Shown here: piece by piece, positions 29,001 to 37,792 of the stretch
How positions within the stretch are numbered: the first letter of the stretch is position 1
Layout: each line of letters begins with the position of its first letter
The notes under the pieces: generated by a model
What the model was told of the DNA's origin: nothing
Seen by the model: the letters and a program-made list of their open reading frames with translations, nothing else
Databases searched by the model: none
Position numbers and translations under genes: made by a program
Assembly: GCA_043820285.1 (NCBI GenBank)
Contig: JBDRDX010000047.1
Coordinates: forward strand, 1-56,233
Reading direction: 5' to 3'
DNA from: Patescibacteria group bacterium
GTDB taxonomy: Bacteria; Patescibacteriota; Gracilibacteria; UBA1369; JAHKBB01
DNA: 56,233 nt

Positions 29001-32000
29001 GTTTTATTGTGCCTCCGGCTCCTCCTCCGGATCCGTATGCGGTTCCGGCGACTCCGGCCCATCCACTTGCCTGTATGGAACCATTCATTATTAATGTTGT
29101 ATTTGCTGATAGTGATATATAGCCGCCGCCGTCTCCTCCCGCGGCGAACCCGTCAGCACCGGCGCCTCCGGCGCCCATTCCCGTTGGGCTTGTTGCATCA
29201 TTGTATCCTGTTCCTCCGGCTCCAGCTGATCCGCCGCCTCCGCTTCCGCAGTTAGCGCCACCTCCCCCTCCCCCGGCGGCGTTTGCCAGTCCGTATGCTC
29301 CTGCCGGGCCTTCACCGTTATTACTTCCCGCGGCGCCTCCGGCGTATCCTTTACCGTCCGTATTGACAGCTCCCATCATCTGAATTTCGATCATATCCGC
29401 TGAAAAGTCCACTTCATACGCCTGAGTGGTCGTATTGTCTGTGTGGGTCAGCGTTCCGTCGCTTTTGACCGTCAATGTTCCGGTGATCGTTTGGGTGTTT
29501 GCGTTCTTTTGTTCCAAGGTTGAGCGGTTTTCGATGATGATGTTGCGGCCGGCCGTTATATTGTTTGCAAGTTGCAGGGTGGCCGCATATGTGCCGGCGC
29601 TGTCGCCGATCACCAGTGTGTTAAATGAAATATCCGCACTTGTCGTGACAGTTATGTTTGCATCGATTACTACATCGTCCGAGCTTGTCGGAACTGCGTC
29701 TGTGTTCCAGTTCGCGGCTGTGTTCCAGGATCCGTCTCCGCCGCCGCCGTCCCAAGTTGTGTAGGTTAGTGATTTTTTGCTGTATATAAGGGAGTACTCT
29801 GAAAATCCTATATGATGAAGTATATTGTCTCCGCTTATGGCCATTGAACTTTGAGGCCATGTATTATTTTGAGAGATGGTATTGACTGTGCTTTCTTGCG
29901 CCCAAGTTGATGCTCCGGTTTTTTTTGCGACAAAGACTCCATCATACGATTCGTCCACTCCACTGATAAATATATTCCCGTACGCGTCCGCGCTGATTTG
30001 CGGAGAGTTTAGGTTTGGCCAAACCCCTATTGTGATATCAGAAGTTACAAAACTTCCACTTCTATTTGTTGCGTACGATATGTCTCCATCCGCAAATTCT
30101 ATTGAGTATGCCAGATGTATGTATCCGTTTGAGTCTATCAATATGGAGTTATGTTCGCCCAGGAGGTCGGTTCCTGTTTCTATAGTTTGGATGTCCCATG
30201 TTGAGCCGTTGAAGCCGGCGTATTTTAGCGCTTTGTTTGTATTATCGTGATAAGACACATGCGGATAATATGGTGATGAGCCTGCGGTAACTATATCCAG
30301 TGTCCGAGAACCCAGACTGCCGTTGTCTATCGTACTCACCGCCCAGCTTCCTAGCCAGCTGTCATATTTGGCGTATTTGATATTTGAAGTTGATGGATCC
30401 AAGAAAACCACGTGCATATTTCCGCCGTTGTCTATTGTGGACGCCAGTACCGTTCTGGACGATAAGCTTGTTATATTTTCGGTTGTCCATCCGCCGCTGT
30501 CGTACGCATGGACCAGGTAGCTTCCGGACTTGTAAAAGAAATGTATGGAATTATTCGTTGGATTTATTGATATATCCATATAGGGATATACATACCCTAC
30601 GTTGCTCGCTATGGTTTCTTCCTGCCAGATTCCTCCCGAGAGGTAAAAGTGTTTTAGATCGTAGGTTCCATCGGTGGAAATCATCGCTCCTATATGCGGA
30701 TTATTTGATGAATCCATTGCGATTTTCGGACGCGAATTGTCTGCCGATCTATACGTTCCGGATATACCTTCGGATTGCGACGCCCATGATCCTCCTACGT
30801 ATTTGTATCTGTTTGTGCTTCCGTATGCTCCGTTGATGAAATTTAGTACATTTGAATTATCCGGTTTTACCTCCCAGGGGTACTGAAGGCAGACGCCGCC
30901 CACTTCTGCTCTGGCTGACCAGGTGACGTCCTTTATTGTGTAGCGGGTGCACACAACTCCTGAAGGAGTGTACAAAATCATAGGTTTGCCGTCTGTGAAT
31001 TCCAGGCCCAGATTATTTAGATACATACCACTTGACCCGTCATCCGGGACTGCCGTTTCTATACCCCATGAAGATCCGTTCCAGGACGCGTATTTAATGG
31101 TTGAGGCGTCATACCCGTATGCTATGTGCGGGTTGCTTGATCCGTCTATTCTTATACTTACTGCAACGGGCCCGTAGCTTGCGGGACCCGAATCAACCAT
31201 TTCCGTTGTCCAGGTGCCGCTTTTATAAGCTCTTTTTACCCCGGATTTGTAGTACGCGATGTGAGGCGTTGTTACCACTATATCTATTTTCGGCGCTACT
31301 TCGCCCGATACGATCGCTTCCGCTGTTTCTGTAGTCCATGCCCCGTCATAGTATCCGTATTTCAAATCTCCATTGTCTAAATATGCGATGTGGTAATTAT
31401 CACTGCTGTCTATTTCCAAATCTATATTTGATTTCCTGTCATAGTAGGTTGTTTCGTGGGTCGGGAGAGTGGCATTGGCGATTTCCGTGTATGTCCAGGT
31501 GCTGCCGCTCCGTACCGCCGCTTTGATTTTGCTGGCTCCTCTGTCGTAATACACTATGACTACCTTTCCACTGCTGTCCAGCTCCATCGCGATTCCCGCT
31601 TCCGAGGTTCCGGGAAGGTCATGGTAATGGAAATTTGTTCCATCATAGTACGCGTGCTGAAATTTTGCCAACTCCGGTATTTGATAAACAACGTGATAGT
31701 TGCCGCTGGAATCAAACGCGAAGTCCAAGTATTGAAACATATTTATAATGGGGTCCTCTATAAAATCCTGCCGCCATACGCCGGCCATATTTGTGGGAGG
31801 GGACAGCGGCCCCGAGACACTGTTGTTTTTGTATGCGATAACCCGATACACGTAACCGGACGAGAAGCTTGTGTCGCTGTATGAAGTTGTGTTCGCCGCC
31901 AACGTTGTTAAATTGGTCCAATCATATGGATGTTCTCCATATGTACTCGCGTTTACTCCTCTTTGGACCAGGAATCCGTCTTCGATTGATGAGTTGTCCG

Positions 32001-32862
32001 TCCAGGTTAAGTCTGCCTGGGTGCCCGAGCTGAAAGTTACTGACAGATTCGTGGGTCTGCTCGGAGCCGTATATATCGGCGTCGCGTCCGTTGAATAGGC
32101 GGAATTCCCACTGGCGTTTACGGCTCGCGCTCGGTATTCATAATAGTTATCCGCCGCTATTGAGCTAGTGTCATAATATGAAGTTACGTTTGCCGCGGTT
32201 GTTGTAAGAAGTGTCCAAGATCCACCGTTGGCTTTTCTGTCTATTTCGAATCCTGTCTCTGATGAAGAATTGTCTGTCCACGTGACAAGCAGTTCCGTGT
32301 CTGAACCGTACCCGCCGTCTCCGTTGGTTGGAGCGGGTGGGACGTCTGATAATGTAAATGTAGCCGACTCTGCTGACCAGGCTCCCTCCGTAAGTTCATC
32401 ATCCCAGAATTTTATTCTCCAATAGTATGTCACTGCTCCGTCTTCCAGGCTTAAGTTTAGTGTTGGAGCTGTTCCGAAACTCCCATAAACTATGTCCGCA
32501 CTTCTATTTCCGGCTATACAATTTGCAATCACAGTCCCTGCCGCTCCACTGTCCCAATGTGTAACGGACGCGAATGTGGCATCCGTACTTACTTGGATTT
32601 GCGCTTTGTTTAATATGTCTCCCACATCCGGGTCATTGCATAGAGCAGAGAATGCAGGAGTTGTGTCTGTTAAATTTGTTGGATTTGCGATGCCCGCTTG
32701 TGCCGTAGTTGTGCTGTCGTTGGAGTAGAGGGTTGTTGGGGAGGTGGGGGCGAGAGCTCGTGCTATTGGGAGAGGCGGTATGCCTCCAAGAATCAACAAA
32801 GCCATAAGAAAAACACTTATAGCTTTGCTTTTGTTCAGTATATTTAAACGCTTTTTGCTCAC
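23056..32862 (-). CDS. giant (3268 aa) secreted, membrane-anchored surface protein/adhesin
   Basis: N-terminal signal peptide; FN3-like WTDNS..E.GF domains; propeller-like repeats (DS.G.PHIAY); Gly-rich GGGGG repeats; Cys/Asp EVCDGxDNDCDG repeats (MopE-like); DTDGDG Ca-binding repeats; Ig-like segments; C-terminal TM helix with basic tail. Confidence 0.88.
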   Translation of the reverse strand: MSKKRLNILNKSKAISVFLMALLILGGIPPLPIARALAPTSPTTLYSNDSTTTAQAGIANPTNLTDTTPAFSALCNDPDVGDILNKAQIQVSTDATFASVTHWDSGAAGTVIANCIAGNRSADIVYGSFGTAPTLNLSLEDGAVTYYWRIKFWDDELTEGAWSAESATFTLSDVPPAPTNGDGGYGSDTELLVTWTDNSSSETGFEIDRKANGGSWTLLTTTAANVTSYYDTSSIAADNYYEYRARAVNASGNSAYSTDATPIYTAPSRPTNLSVTFSSGTQADLTWTDNSSIEDGFLVQRGVNASTYGEHPYDWTNLTTLAANTTSYSDTSFSSGYVYRVIAYKNNSVSGPLSPPTNMAGVWRQDFIEDPIINMFQYLDFAFDSSGNYHVVYQIPELAKFQHAYYDGTNFHYHDLPGTSEAGIAMELDSSGKVVIVYYDRGASKIKAAVRSGSTWTYTEIANATLPTHETTYYDRKSNIDLEIDSSDNYHIAYLDNGDLKYGYYDGAWTTETAEAIVSGEVAPKIDIVVTTPHIAYYKSGVKRAYKSGTWTTEMVDSGPASYGPVAVSIRIDGSSNPHIAYGYDASTIKYASWNGSSWGIETAVPDDGSSGMYLNNLGLEFTDGKPMILYTPSGVVCTRYTIKDVTWSARAEVGGVCLQYPWEVKPDNSNVLNFINGAYGSTNRYKYVGGSWASQSEGISGTYRSADNSRPKIAMDSSNNPHIGAMISTDGTYDLKHFYLSGGIWQEETIASNVGYVYPYMDISINPTNNSIHFFYKSGSYLVHAYDSGGWTTENITSLSSRTVLASTIDNGGNMHVVFLDPSTSNIKYAKYDSWLGSWAVSTIDNGSLGSRTLDIVTAGSSPYYPHVSYHDNTNKALKYAGFNGSTWDIQTIETGTDLLGEHNSILIDSNGYIHLAYSIEFADGDISYATNRSGSFVTSDITIGVWPNLNSPQISADAYGNIFISGVDESYDGVFVAKKTGASTWAQESTVNTISQNNTWPQSSMAISGDNILHHIGFSEYSLIYSKKSLTYTTWDGGGGDGSWNTAANWNTDAVPTSSDDVVIDANITVTTSADISFNTLVIGDSAGTYAATLQLANNITAGRNIIIENRSTLEQKNANTQTITGTLTVKSDGTLTHTDNTTTQAYEVDFSADMIEIQMMGAVNTDGKGYAGGAAGSNNGEGPAGAYGLANAAGGGGGGANCGSGGGGSAGAGGTGYNDATSPTGMGAGGAGADGFAAGGDGGGYISLSANTTLIMNGSIQASGWAGVAGTAYGSGGGAGGTIKLSVGSGGILGTVTPLAYGGAGGMDSGGGGGGGCIYVSSGGTNQFACSMDPLTRGGIGAESGGSGLAYVVDQNQICAHNNGITGAETPQVAISLDPAAISLNGNAIYTVSTGKTLTLDNTNALVQSSDGTGTLKINGGTLTTTATPEISSATLAFYQGSTWTNLGNIPLVIGSSGTLDMRNFTTSNALSLNSLIVNNGGTLTHGDNSTAQSHIVNISVGDATIASGGSINVDGKGLDGGAQSADGNGTGAGIGNAGGGGGGGYCGAGGTGDEGAAGAGGSGTCTLTSLDSLGMGSGGGGAGENATGGAGGGYIKLTSTGTVTINGDITADGANGTAGSSNQGGGGGSGGGINFFAAAYAGTPNSITATGGNNGGGAVLPGGGGGGGGAYFVYSTSSSFTDSSITVTGGTGPENGSAGSKLVTLDNSSPTAGTLYANNSTAQAGDTNPTNLTDATPAFSALCNDADAGDIINNARIQVSTDNTFASITHWDSAKTSITNCTAGNRIADLTYGSFGTAPTLNLSLDDGAVTYYWRIKFWDDDDAEGDWPSSGTFTMQDVPATPSDTLAAAVSDTETTMTWTDNSTTEDSYKIERRTNEGAGWNNWTEIGSVAANTVTFTDNPTTNPSTYPQAGTTYQYRTRGYNTSGYSAYDTDSTEIYREAPVIPPPACTDPDADGYTGDNRATCIWTGNQAPDCNDTNANVNPGASEVCNNSIDDNCDGQVNEGCQAVCTPSTEVCDGMDNDCDNLVDEDFQLGKSCTVGTGACKSTSTYICNDAGTGAACPAVEGTPSNEICDNEIDDDCDGKADTADSDCKEETVCTDSDGGLDYKVKGNAYGPKEGTYIVGAYWDSCGERAGDKDKKSGPWIAETHCSTKYSTTYVHTQWYKCPNVCTDGACADAVCTPSTEVCDNKDNDCDGFIDEGDVCAACLPTEEICDNIDNDCDGQKDEGNVCVVCEPKAEVCDNIDNDCDGQIDEGLNKGAACSVGVGVCAKSGTLVCDKKGSAICSVTPSSGSTEVCDSLDNDCDGETDEGLDCSCTPGETIPCGIDTGECKAGLQTCGSNSKWGQCVGRINAAREICDGKDNDCDGETDEGFALGQACSAGLGVCSTSGTITCSKNGASTACNATPKTGSAEVCDNLDNDCDGKVDEELDCTCRPGATQNCGIDTGECSFGTQTCGGNSQWGACAGGTGSSAEICDGKDNDCDGKIDEELDCACKSGDVQKCGSNIGECSEGVQACRNNKEWSTCIGNTAPTSEICDGKDNDCDGQTDEGNVCTVVCVPNCSGAEGVCVGNTFGNTCGGVCEGTKTTDECATDPECTPSCSQAPNVCSGKQFANGCGGTCVGTKGCDDDDDNNNVIQIITSPINTDVDDDTGKLLSKLLKPKELKQFLTRIEIITALVNELKLEKLKKQVIAACNQNKIECLKIYMPKDKASKKITESLSASRPEVFTDIPVTDQYYAITMKAIELGVMPNNTKMGYAFDPSEPSTIEETLEMIVRALEMGSAEEACKYGIANCEEDLSEYVTRKKLDEIIINTLAYIKAWDLEDKFNRDTDKDGLTDIMEKIVYGTDPNNKDTDGDGLTDYHEVITHKTSPLRKDTDKEGLDDYEEVEKYKTNPLKADTDGDTFTDKQEVHAGTDPLNPYDFPTDNDGNNVSDEWEKFFDIEVGNGMQDTDGEGLVDRLEYTYNTNPLNPDTDGDGFTDAEEVFDCGTDPTKYNETCGTGVEITNLQDGQTIADNTPLVKGTAKYNLPVQILVRNTFGHQKILGEVKADENNTFIFETADSLQDGEYIFIAQEINLKEKQIRQSKPVTILIDTTLGVQAPNVMKLGGKRVPKGVIEGKRKVFLRNLLPPLEGTTDMGSQVISVWRSVVSTSSLIADTQAGYFAIKPPHPLEPGKHEVIVYSIKEDNKVMSESLRIEFEIEEGSTIITDRYKLAAKKEAQTGYTAQKAMSELFSYILIGLAVLVTARFLLYERRHKRKKKA

Positions 32863-32894
32863 TATATATATTTTATGTCTGTTTCTTTCCTGTT

Positions 32895-32923
32895 ATTTTA
32901 CCATAAAAAACCTCTTATAACAA
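32895..32923 (-). promoter_or_regulatory. putative promoter of the giant surface-protein gene
   Basis: Minus strand TTGTTA-17nt-TAAAAT with extended -10 TG. Confidence 0.5.
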
Positions 32924-32985
32924 TATAGCTGCGGGAGAAAAAAGCAATTCATTCGGGTGGCGATAATTTTAGAATTTGGGGAAGT

Positions 32986-33321
32986 TTATTTTTTGTCCTT
33001 GGTGGTCATCATCTTGATTTCCACCTCCACACCCGCCGGGAGGCTGAGGTTTGAAAGAGAATCGATGGTTTTTGCGGTACTGTCCGAAATGTCGATCAGT
33101 CTTTTGTGAGTTCGGATTTCAAACTGTTCGCGAGAGGTTTTATGAACAAACGTTGCTCTATTAACGGTATGTTTATCAATGTGAGTTGGAAGGGGGATCG
33201 GTCCCGCGACCATTGCGCCGGTTCTTTCCGCGGTGTCTATGATCAATCTTGCAGACTCATCTGCGACTTTGTGATCAAATGCGTGGATTTTTATTCGTAT
33301 CTTCTGACTTTTTGATGCCAT
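32986..33321 (-). CDS. rpsJ: 30S ribosomal protein uS10
   Basis: [44 protein letters not shown]. Confidence 0.98.
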   Translation of the reverse strand: MASKSQKIRIKIHAFDHKVADESARLIIDTAERTGAMVAGPIPLPTHIDKHTVNRATFVHKTSREQFEIRTHKRLIDISDSTAKTIDSLSNLSLPAGVEVEIKMMTTKDKK

Positions 33322-33384
33322 GTACTCTCTTTTTTAATGAACTTTTAGGCCCCTCTCTTAAGAGAGAAGGGCAATAAAAATCAA

Positions 33385-34581
33385 TTATTCCAAGATCTTT
33401 GTTACAACTCCCGCGCCAACTGTTCGTCCGCCTTCACGGATGGCGAATCTGGTCTGGTCGTCGAGAGCGATAGGCGCTCCAAGTATAACCGTCATGTTTA
33501 CGTTGTCGCCGGGCATGACCATTTCAACGTCGGCCGGAAGCTCGATTGAACCCGTGACGTCTGTTGTTCTGATATAGAATTGCGGTTTGTATCCTTTGAA
33601 GAACGGAGTGTGTCTGCCGCCTTCTTCTTTGGTCAGGATATAAACATTGGCCTCAACCTTTGTGTGAGGAGTGATTGAACCCGGTTTTGCAATGACCTGT
33701 CCTCTTTGGATGTCTTCCTTTTCAACACCTCTTAAGAGAAGCCCGACATTGTCACCGGCTTCACCTCTGTCGAGAAGTTTGCGGAACATTTCCACTCCCG
33801 TAACAACAACCTTTCTCGTTTCTTTAATGCCAACGATTTCAACTTCGTCGTTTATATTTACCACTCCTTGCTCGATACGTCCGGTAGCTACGGTGCCGCG
33901 ACCTTTGATCGAGAAAATGTCCTCAACCGGCATAAGTACAGGCTTGTCGAGTTCACGCACGGGTTGCGGAATGTATGAATCAAGAGCTTCTAATAGCTCA
34001 AGAATTGGCTTAGCGGCCTCTTCATCGTCCGGATTTTCCATAGCCTTAAGAGCGGAACCCTTAATGACCGGGATCTCGTCTCCGGGATATTCATATTTCT
34101 TTAGGAGTTCTCGGACTTCCATTTCTGAAAGTTCGATGATGTCCGGATCCGCCATATCTGTCTTGTTCAGGAAGACAACGATAGCGGGTACATTAACCTG
34201 TCTGGCGAGAAGAACGTGCTCGCGGGTTTGCGGCATTGGCCCGTCCGCGGCGGACACCACCAGTATTGCGCCGTCCATCTGAGCCGCGCCGGTAATCATG
34301 TTCTTTATGTAGTCGGCATGTCCCGGACAGTCAACGTGCGCATAGTGTCTCTTGTCTGTTTCGTACTCTTGGTGCGATGTAGCGATCGTAATTCCTCTTT
34401 CCTTCTCTTCCGGAGCGTTATCGATTTCATCGAATTTCACTCCTCTGTTTTTTCCGCCGAACTTTCTTGCCGCAACCATTGTAATAGCGGCGGTAAGAGT
34501 TGTTTTACCGTGGTCGACATGACCAATTGTTCCAACGTTGACGTGTGGTTTTGATCTGTCAAATTTTTCTTTCTCAGCCAT
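33385..34581 (-). CDS. tuf: elongation factor Tu
   Basis: [47 protein letters not shown]. Confidence 0.99.
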   Translation of the reverse strand: MAEKEKFDRSKPHVNVGTIGHVDHGKTTLTAAITMVAARKFGGKNRGVKFDEIDNAPEEKERGITIATSHQEYETDKRHYAHVDCPGHADYIKNMITGAAQMDGAILVVSAADGPMPQTREHVLLARQVNVPAIVVFLNKTDMADPDIIELSEMEVRELLKKYEYPGDEIPVIKGSALKAMENPDDEEAAKPILELLEALDSYIPQPVRELDKPVLMPVEDIFSIKGRGTVATGRIEQGVVNINDEVEIVGIKETRKVVVTGVEMFRKLLDRGEAGDNVGLLLRGVEKEDIQRGQVIAKPGSITPHTKVEANVYILTKEEGGRHTPFFKGYKPQFYIRTTDVTGSIELPADVEMVMPGDNVNMTVILGAPIALDDQTRFAIREGGRTVGAGVVTKILE

Positions 34582-34632
34582 TTAGTTAAGGGTTAATTTA
34601 TATATTTGGCCTATATTTTAAAACGCGAAGCG

Positions 34633-34661
34633 ATACTATACGAATTTTTTTGCCTTTGCAA
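34633..34661 (-). promoter_or_regulatory. putative promoter for tuf
   Basis: Minus strand TTGCAA-17nt-TAGTAT. Confidence 0.55.
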
Positions 34662-34668
34662 GCGATTT

Positions 34669-36744
34669 TTACTTATTTGCGGTGATTTTTTCGGCTATAT
34701 TCTGCGGAACTTTATCATAGTGGCCGAATTCCATTGAGTAATTTGCTCTTCCCTGTGTCATAGATCTCAAATCCGTGGCATATCCAAACATTTCCGCCAG
34801 TGGAACATCGGCTCTTATGAATTTTGCCATTCCTCTGTTTCCCGTTTCGTTGATTTGCCCGCGCCTTGAGTTCAGGTTCCCCATTACATCTCCAAAGAAT
34901 TCTTCAGGGGTAACAACTTCCACATCCATTATTGGTTCAAGCAGTACGGGATTGGCTTGTTTTGCCGCGTTTTGGAAGCAGATTGAAGCCGCGACTTTGA
35001 AGGCCATTTCTGATGAATCCACGTCATGATATGATCCGTCATACAATTCAGCTTTTACATCCACAACCGGGTATCCGGCCATGATGCCTCTGCTCATAGC
35101 CTCCTTAATACCTTTGTCTATCGCCGGGATGTATTCTTTTGGAATCTTTCCTCCAACGATAGAATTTTTGAACGAATATCCCTCTCCCGGTTCGGTAGGC
35201 GTGACTCTGAGTAGTACGTGTCCATATTGACCACGACCACCTGTCTGTTTTGAGTATTTTTCTTCCATCTCCACTTCTTTTTGAATAGTTTCTCTGTATG
35301 CGACCTGCGGTTGACCTACATTTGCCTCAACTTTGAACTCTCTTCTGAGGCGGTCTACGATGATATCAAGGTGAAGTTCTCCCATTCCGGAAATAATAAC
35401 CTGTCCGGTCTCCTCGTCTGTTTGAACACGGAATGTTGGATCTTCTTCTGTAAGTTTCTGTAGCGCGATGCCCATTTTCTCCTGATCCGCTTTTGTTTTT
35501 GGCTCGATCGCAATGGAGATAACGGGTTCCGGGAATGTGATTGATTCCAGAACAATTTCGTTGTTTTCAGCACAAAGAGTGTCACCCGTCGTGGTGTTTT
35601 TTAGACCGACCGTGGCGGCGATGTCTCCCGCGTGTACTTCTTGGATTTCTTCACGGGAATTTGAGTGCATCTGGAGCAGCCGTCCAATCCTTTCTTTATT
35701 TCCTTTCGACGAATTGTATGCGTAACTCCCGGCTTTTAAAGCTCCTGAATATACGCGGAAGAACGCCAGTTTTCCCACGAATGGATCTGTTGCCACTTTG
35801 AACACTAATGCCGAAAATGGTTCGGCGTCATCAGGTTTCCTTTCGATTGGCTCGTCCGTTCGCGGCTTTGTGCCTTTTACCGGTGGAAGGTCAAGAGGGG
35901 ATGGAAGGTATCTGATTACCGCGTCGAGCATTAACTGAACACCTTTGTTTTGCAGCGCCGTTCCGCAAAGAACCGGGTAGATTTCGTTCTTGATTGTCAG
36001 TATTCGGATTCCTTTGCAAATTTCTTCTATTGTTAATTCGTTTCCTTCAAGATATTTCTCTGTCAATTCATCATTTGCTTCCGCAACTTTTTCCATCATA
36101 ATTCCTCTGTACTCTTTGATTTGCGCTTTCATGTCTTCCGGGATTTCGGTTTCATTTACTTCTTCACCCATTTTCCCTTCAAAGTGATATGCTTTTTGTG
36201 TAATCAAATCAATTACTCCTTCAAAAGTGTTCTCTGCTCCGATAGGAAGCTGGATTGCAACCGCCTTGTCACTTAGTCTGTTGTGAATAGATTTCAAACT
36301 CATAAAGAAATCCCCGCCCACCTTGTCCATTTTGTTTATAAAGCAAAGACGCGGAACGTGGTATTTTTCCGCTTGGTGCCAAACTGTCTCTGATTGCGGC
36401 TCTACGCCTTGTGAACCGTCAAAAACAATAACACCTCCGTCGAGTACGCGAAGTGAACGTTCTACTTCCGCTGTAAAGTCCACGTGTCCCGGAGTGTCGA
36501 TGATGTTGATTCTGTGTTTTACGCCATCGGTTTCCCAGAAACATGTTGTTGCCGCTGAAGTGATGGTGATTCCGCGTTCTCTTTCCTGTTCCATCCAGTC
36601 CATGGTTGCTTCACCATCGTGTACTTCACCCATTTTATAACTTCTACCTGTATAGAATAGTACGCGTTCTGTAACGGTTGTCTTACCCGCGTCGATATGG
36701 GCGATGATACCTATATTGCGCAGCTTTGTTAGATCTTCTGCCAT
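34669..36744 (-). CDS. fusA: elongation factor G
   Basis: [46 protein letters not shown]. Confidence 0.99.
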   Translation of the reverse strand: MAEDLTKLRNIGIIAHIDAGKTTVTERVLFYTGRSYKMGEVHDGEATMDWMEQERERGITITSAATTCFWETDGVKHRINIIDTPGHVDFTAEVERSLRVLDGGVIVFDGSQGVEPQSETVWHQAEKYHVPRLCFINKMDKVGGDFFMSLKSIHNRLSDKAVAIQLPIGAENTFEGVIDLITQKAYHFEGKMGEEVNETEIPEDMKAQIKEYRGIMMEKVAEANDELTEKYLEGNELTIEEICKGIRILTIKNEIYPVLCGTALQNKGVQLMLDAVIRYLPSPLDLPPVKGTKPRTDEPIERKPDDAEPFSALVFKVATDPFVGKLAFFRVYSGALKAGSYAYNSSKGNKERIGRLLQMHSNSREEIQEVHAGDIAATVGLKNTTTGDTLCAENNEIVLESITFPEPVISIAIEPKTKADQEKMGIALQKLTEEDPTFRVQTDEETGQVIISGMGELHLDIIVDRLRREFKVEANVGQPQVAYRETIQKEVEMEEKYSKQTGGRGQYGHVLLRVTPTEPGEGYSFKNSIVGGKIPKEYIPAIDKGIKEAMSRGIMAGYPVVDVKAELYDGSYHDVDSSEMAFKVAASICFQNAAKQANPVLLEPIMDVEVVTPEEFFGDVMGNLNSRRGQINETGNRGMAKFIRADVPLAEMFGYATDLRSMTQGRANYSMEFGHYDKVPQNIAEKITANK

Positions 36745-36784
36745 ATTTTTTTAATATTTAAAGTATAAGAAAATAGCCGAAGGC

Positions 36785-36812
36785 ATTATACATAAGGATA
36801 TTGAATTTGCAA
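36785..36812 (-). promoter_or_regulatory. putative promoter for fusA
   Basis: Minus strand TTGCAA-16nt-TATAAT. Confidence 0.55.
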
Positions 36813-36819
36813 TCCGGAA

Positions 36820-37275
36820 TTAAAACTTCGCATAATGGGCGAAGGCTTTGTTTGCAGCCGCCATTCTGTGAGTGTCTTCTTTCTTCTTTATTGCTGATCC
36901 TTGTTCGTTTGCCGCATCTAAAAGTTCTTGAGCCAATCTTTGTGCCATTTTAGACCCCTTTTTGTCTCTTGCCGCCCCTAGGATCCATCTGAAGGAGAGC
37001 ATTAGTTGACGGCCGTATTTAACCTCGATAGGTATTTGGTAAACAGATCCGCCAATTCTTTTTGGGCGGACTTCCATTGTAGGTTTTACGTTCCCGATTG
37101 CTTTTTCGAAGACATCTTCGGGGTTTTTATTTCCTTTCTCCGCAATTGTTCGCAAAGTGTCACGCCAAATCTTTCTGGCAATAGACTTTTTCCCGTCAAG
37201 CATGAGGTAGTTTATGAACTTTTCTTGTAGTTCAGTTGAATCTTCCGGTACGAATTTTGCTCTCTTTTTTGCCAT
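36820..37275 (-). CDS. rpsG: 30S ribosomal protein uS7
   Basis: FINYLMLDGKKSIA, RIGGSVYQIP, KKKEDTHRMAAANKAFAH. Confidence 0.98.
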   Translation of the reverse strand: MAKKRAKFVPEDSTELQEKFINYLMLDGKKSIARKIWRDTLRTIAEKGNKNPEDVFEKAIGNVKPTMEVRPKRIGGSVYQIPIEVKYGRQLMLSFRWILGAARDKKGSKMAQRLAQELLDAANEQGSAIKKKEDTHRMAAANKAFAHYAKF

Positions 37276-37291
37276 TAAAGTTATCTTAGTT

Positions 37292-37372
37292 TCTTGACAG
37301 GAGCGCTATCGCTTCCTGTCGCTTGGCGCTCCGCTTCGCTACGCGCTTGGCGCTCCGCTTCGCTACGCGCTA
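37292..37372 (-). repeat. family I S-S-L repeat starting at the rpsL stop
   Basis: Minus strand T-(AGCGCGTAGCGAAGCGGAGCGCCA)x2 then AGC-GACAGGAAGCGATAGCGCTCCTGTCAAGA. Confidence 0.9.
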
Positions 37373-37783
37373 GCCCTTAGGTTTTTTAGCTCCATATTTT
37401 GAGCGGCCTTGCTTGCGGTCATCTACGCCGCTGGTATCGAGTGACCCCCGGACGATGTGGTATCGAACACCCGGAAGGTCTTTTACTCTTCCACCTCTTA
37501 GAAGTACCACAGAGTGCTCTTGCAAGTTGTGTCCCTCTCCCGGGATGTAAGCGGTGACTTCCATTCCGTTCGTGAGGCGGACTCTCGCAATTTTTCTAAG
37601 CGCGGAGTTCGGTTTCTTTGGTGTTTTTGTAGTTACCTTGATGCAAACGCCTCTTTTTTGCGGACAGTTGATGCCAACACTGCGATTTTTAAGCGTGTTG
37701 AACGTTTTGGTAAGAGCTGGTGTCTTGTCCTTTTTTTGCGCTTTTCTGCGCGGCTTCCTTACTAATTGATTTATTGTTGGCAT
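37370..37783 (-). CDS. rpsL: 30S ribosomal protein uS12
   Basis: [40 protein letters not shown]. Confidence 0.99.
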   Translation of the reverse strand: MPTINQLVRKPRRKAQKKDKTPALTKTFNTLKNRSVGINCPQKRGVCIKVTTKTPKKPNSALRKIARVRLTNGMEVTAYIPGEGHNLQEHSVVLLRGGRVKDLPGVRYHIVRGSLDTSGVDDRKQGRSKYGAKKPKG

Positions 37784-37792
37784 CGCCCCGAA

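Noticed and set aside
33347-33372. Hairpin GCCC-CTCTC-TTAA-GAGAG-AA-GGGC between tuf and rpsJ as a terminator
   Set aside because: Followed by A-rich rather than U-rich sequence on both strands; it may be a leader structure but the evidence is insufficient
14236-37320. Family I hairpins as Rho-independent terminators
   Set aside because: No U-tract follows on the mRNA strand, they lie inside operons, and one composite is translated
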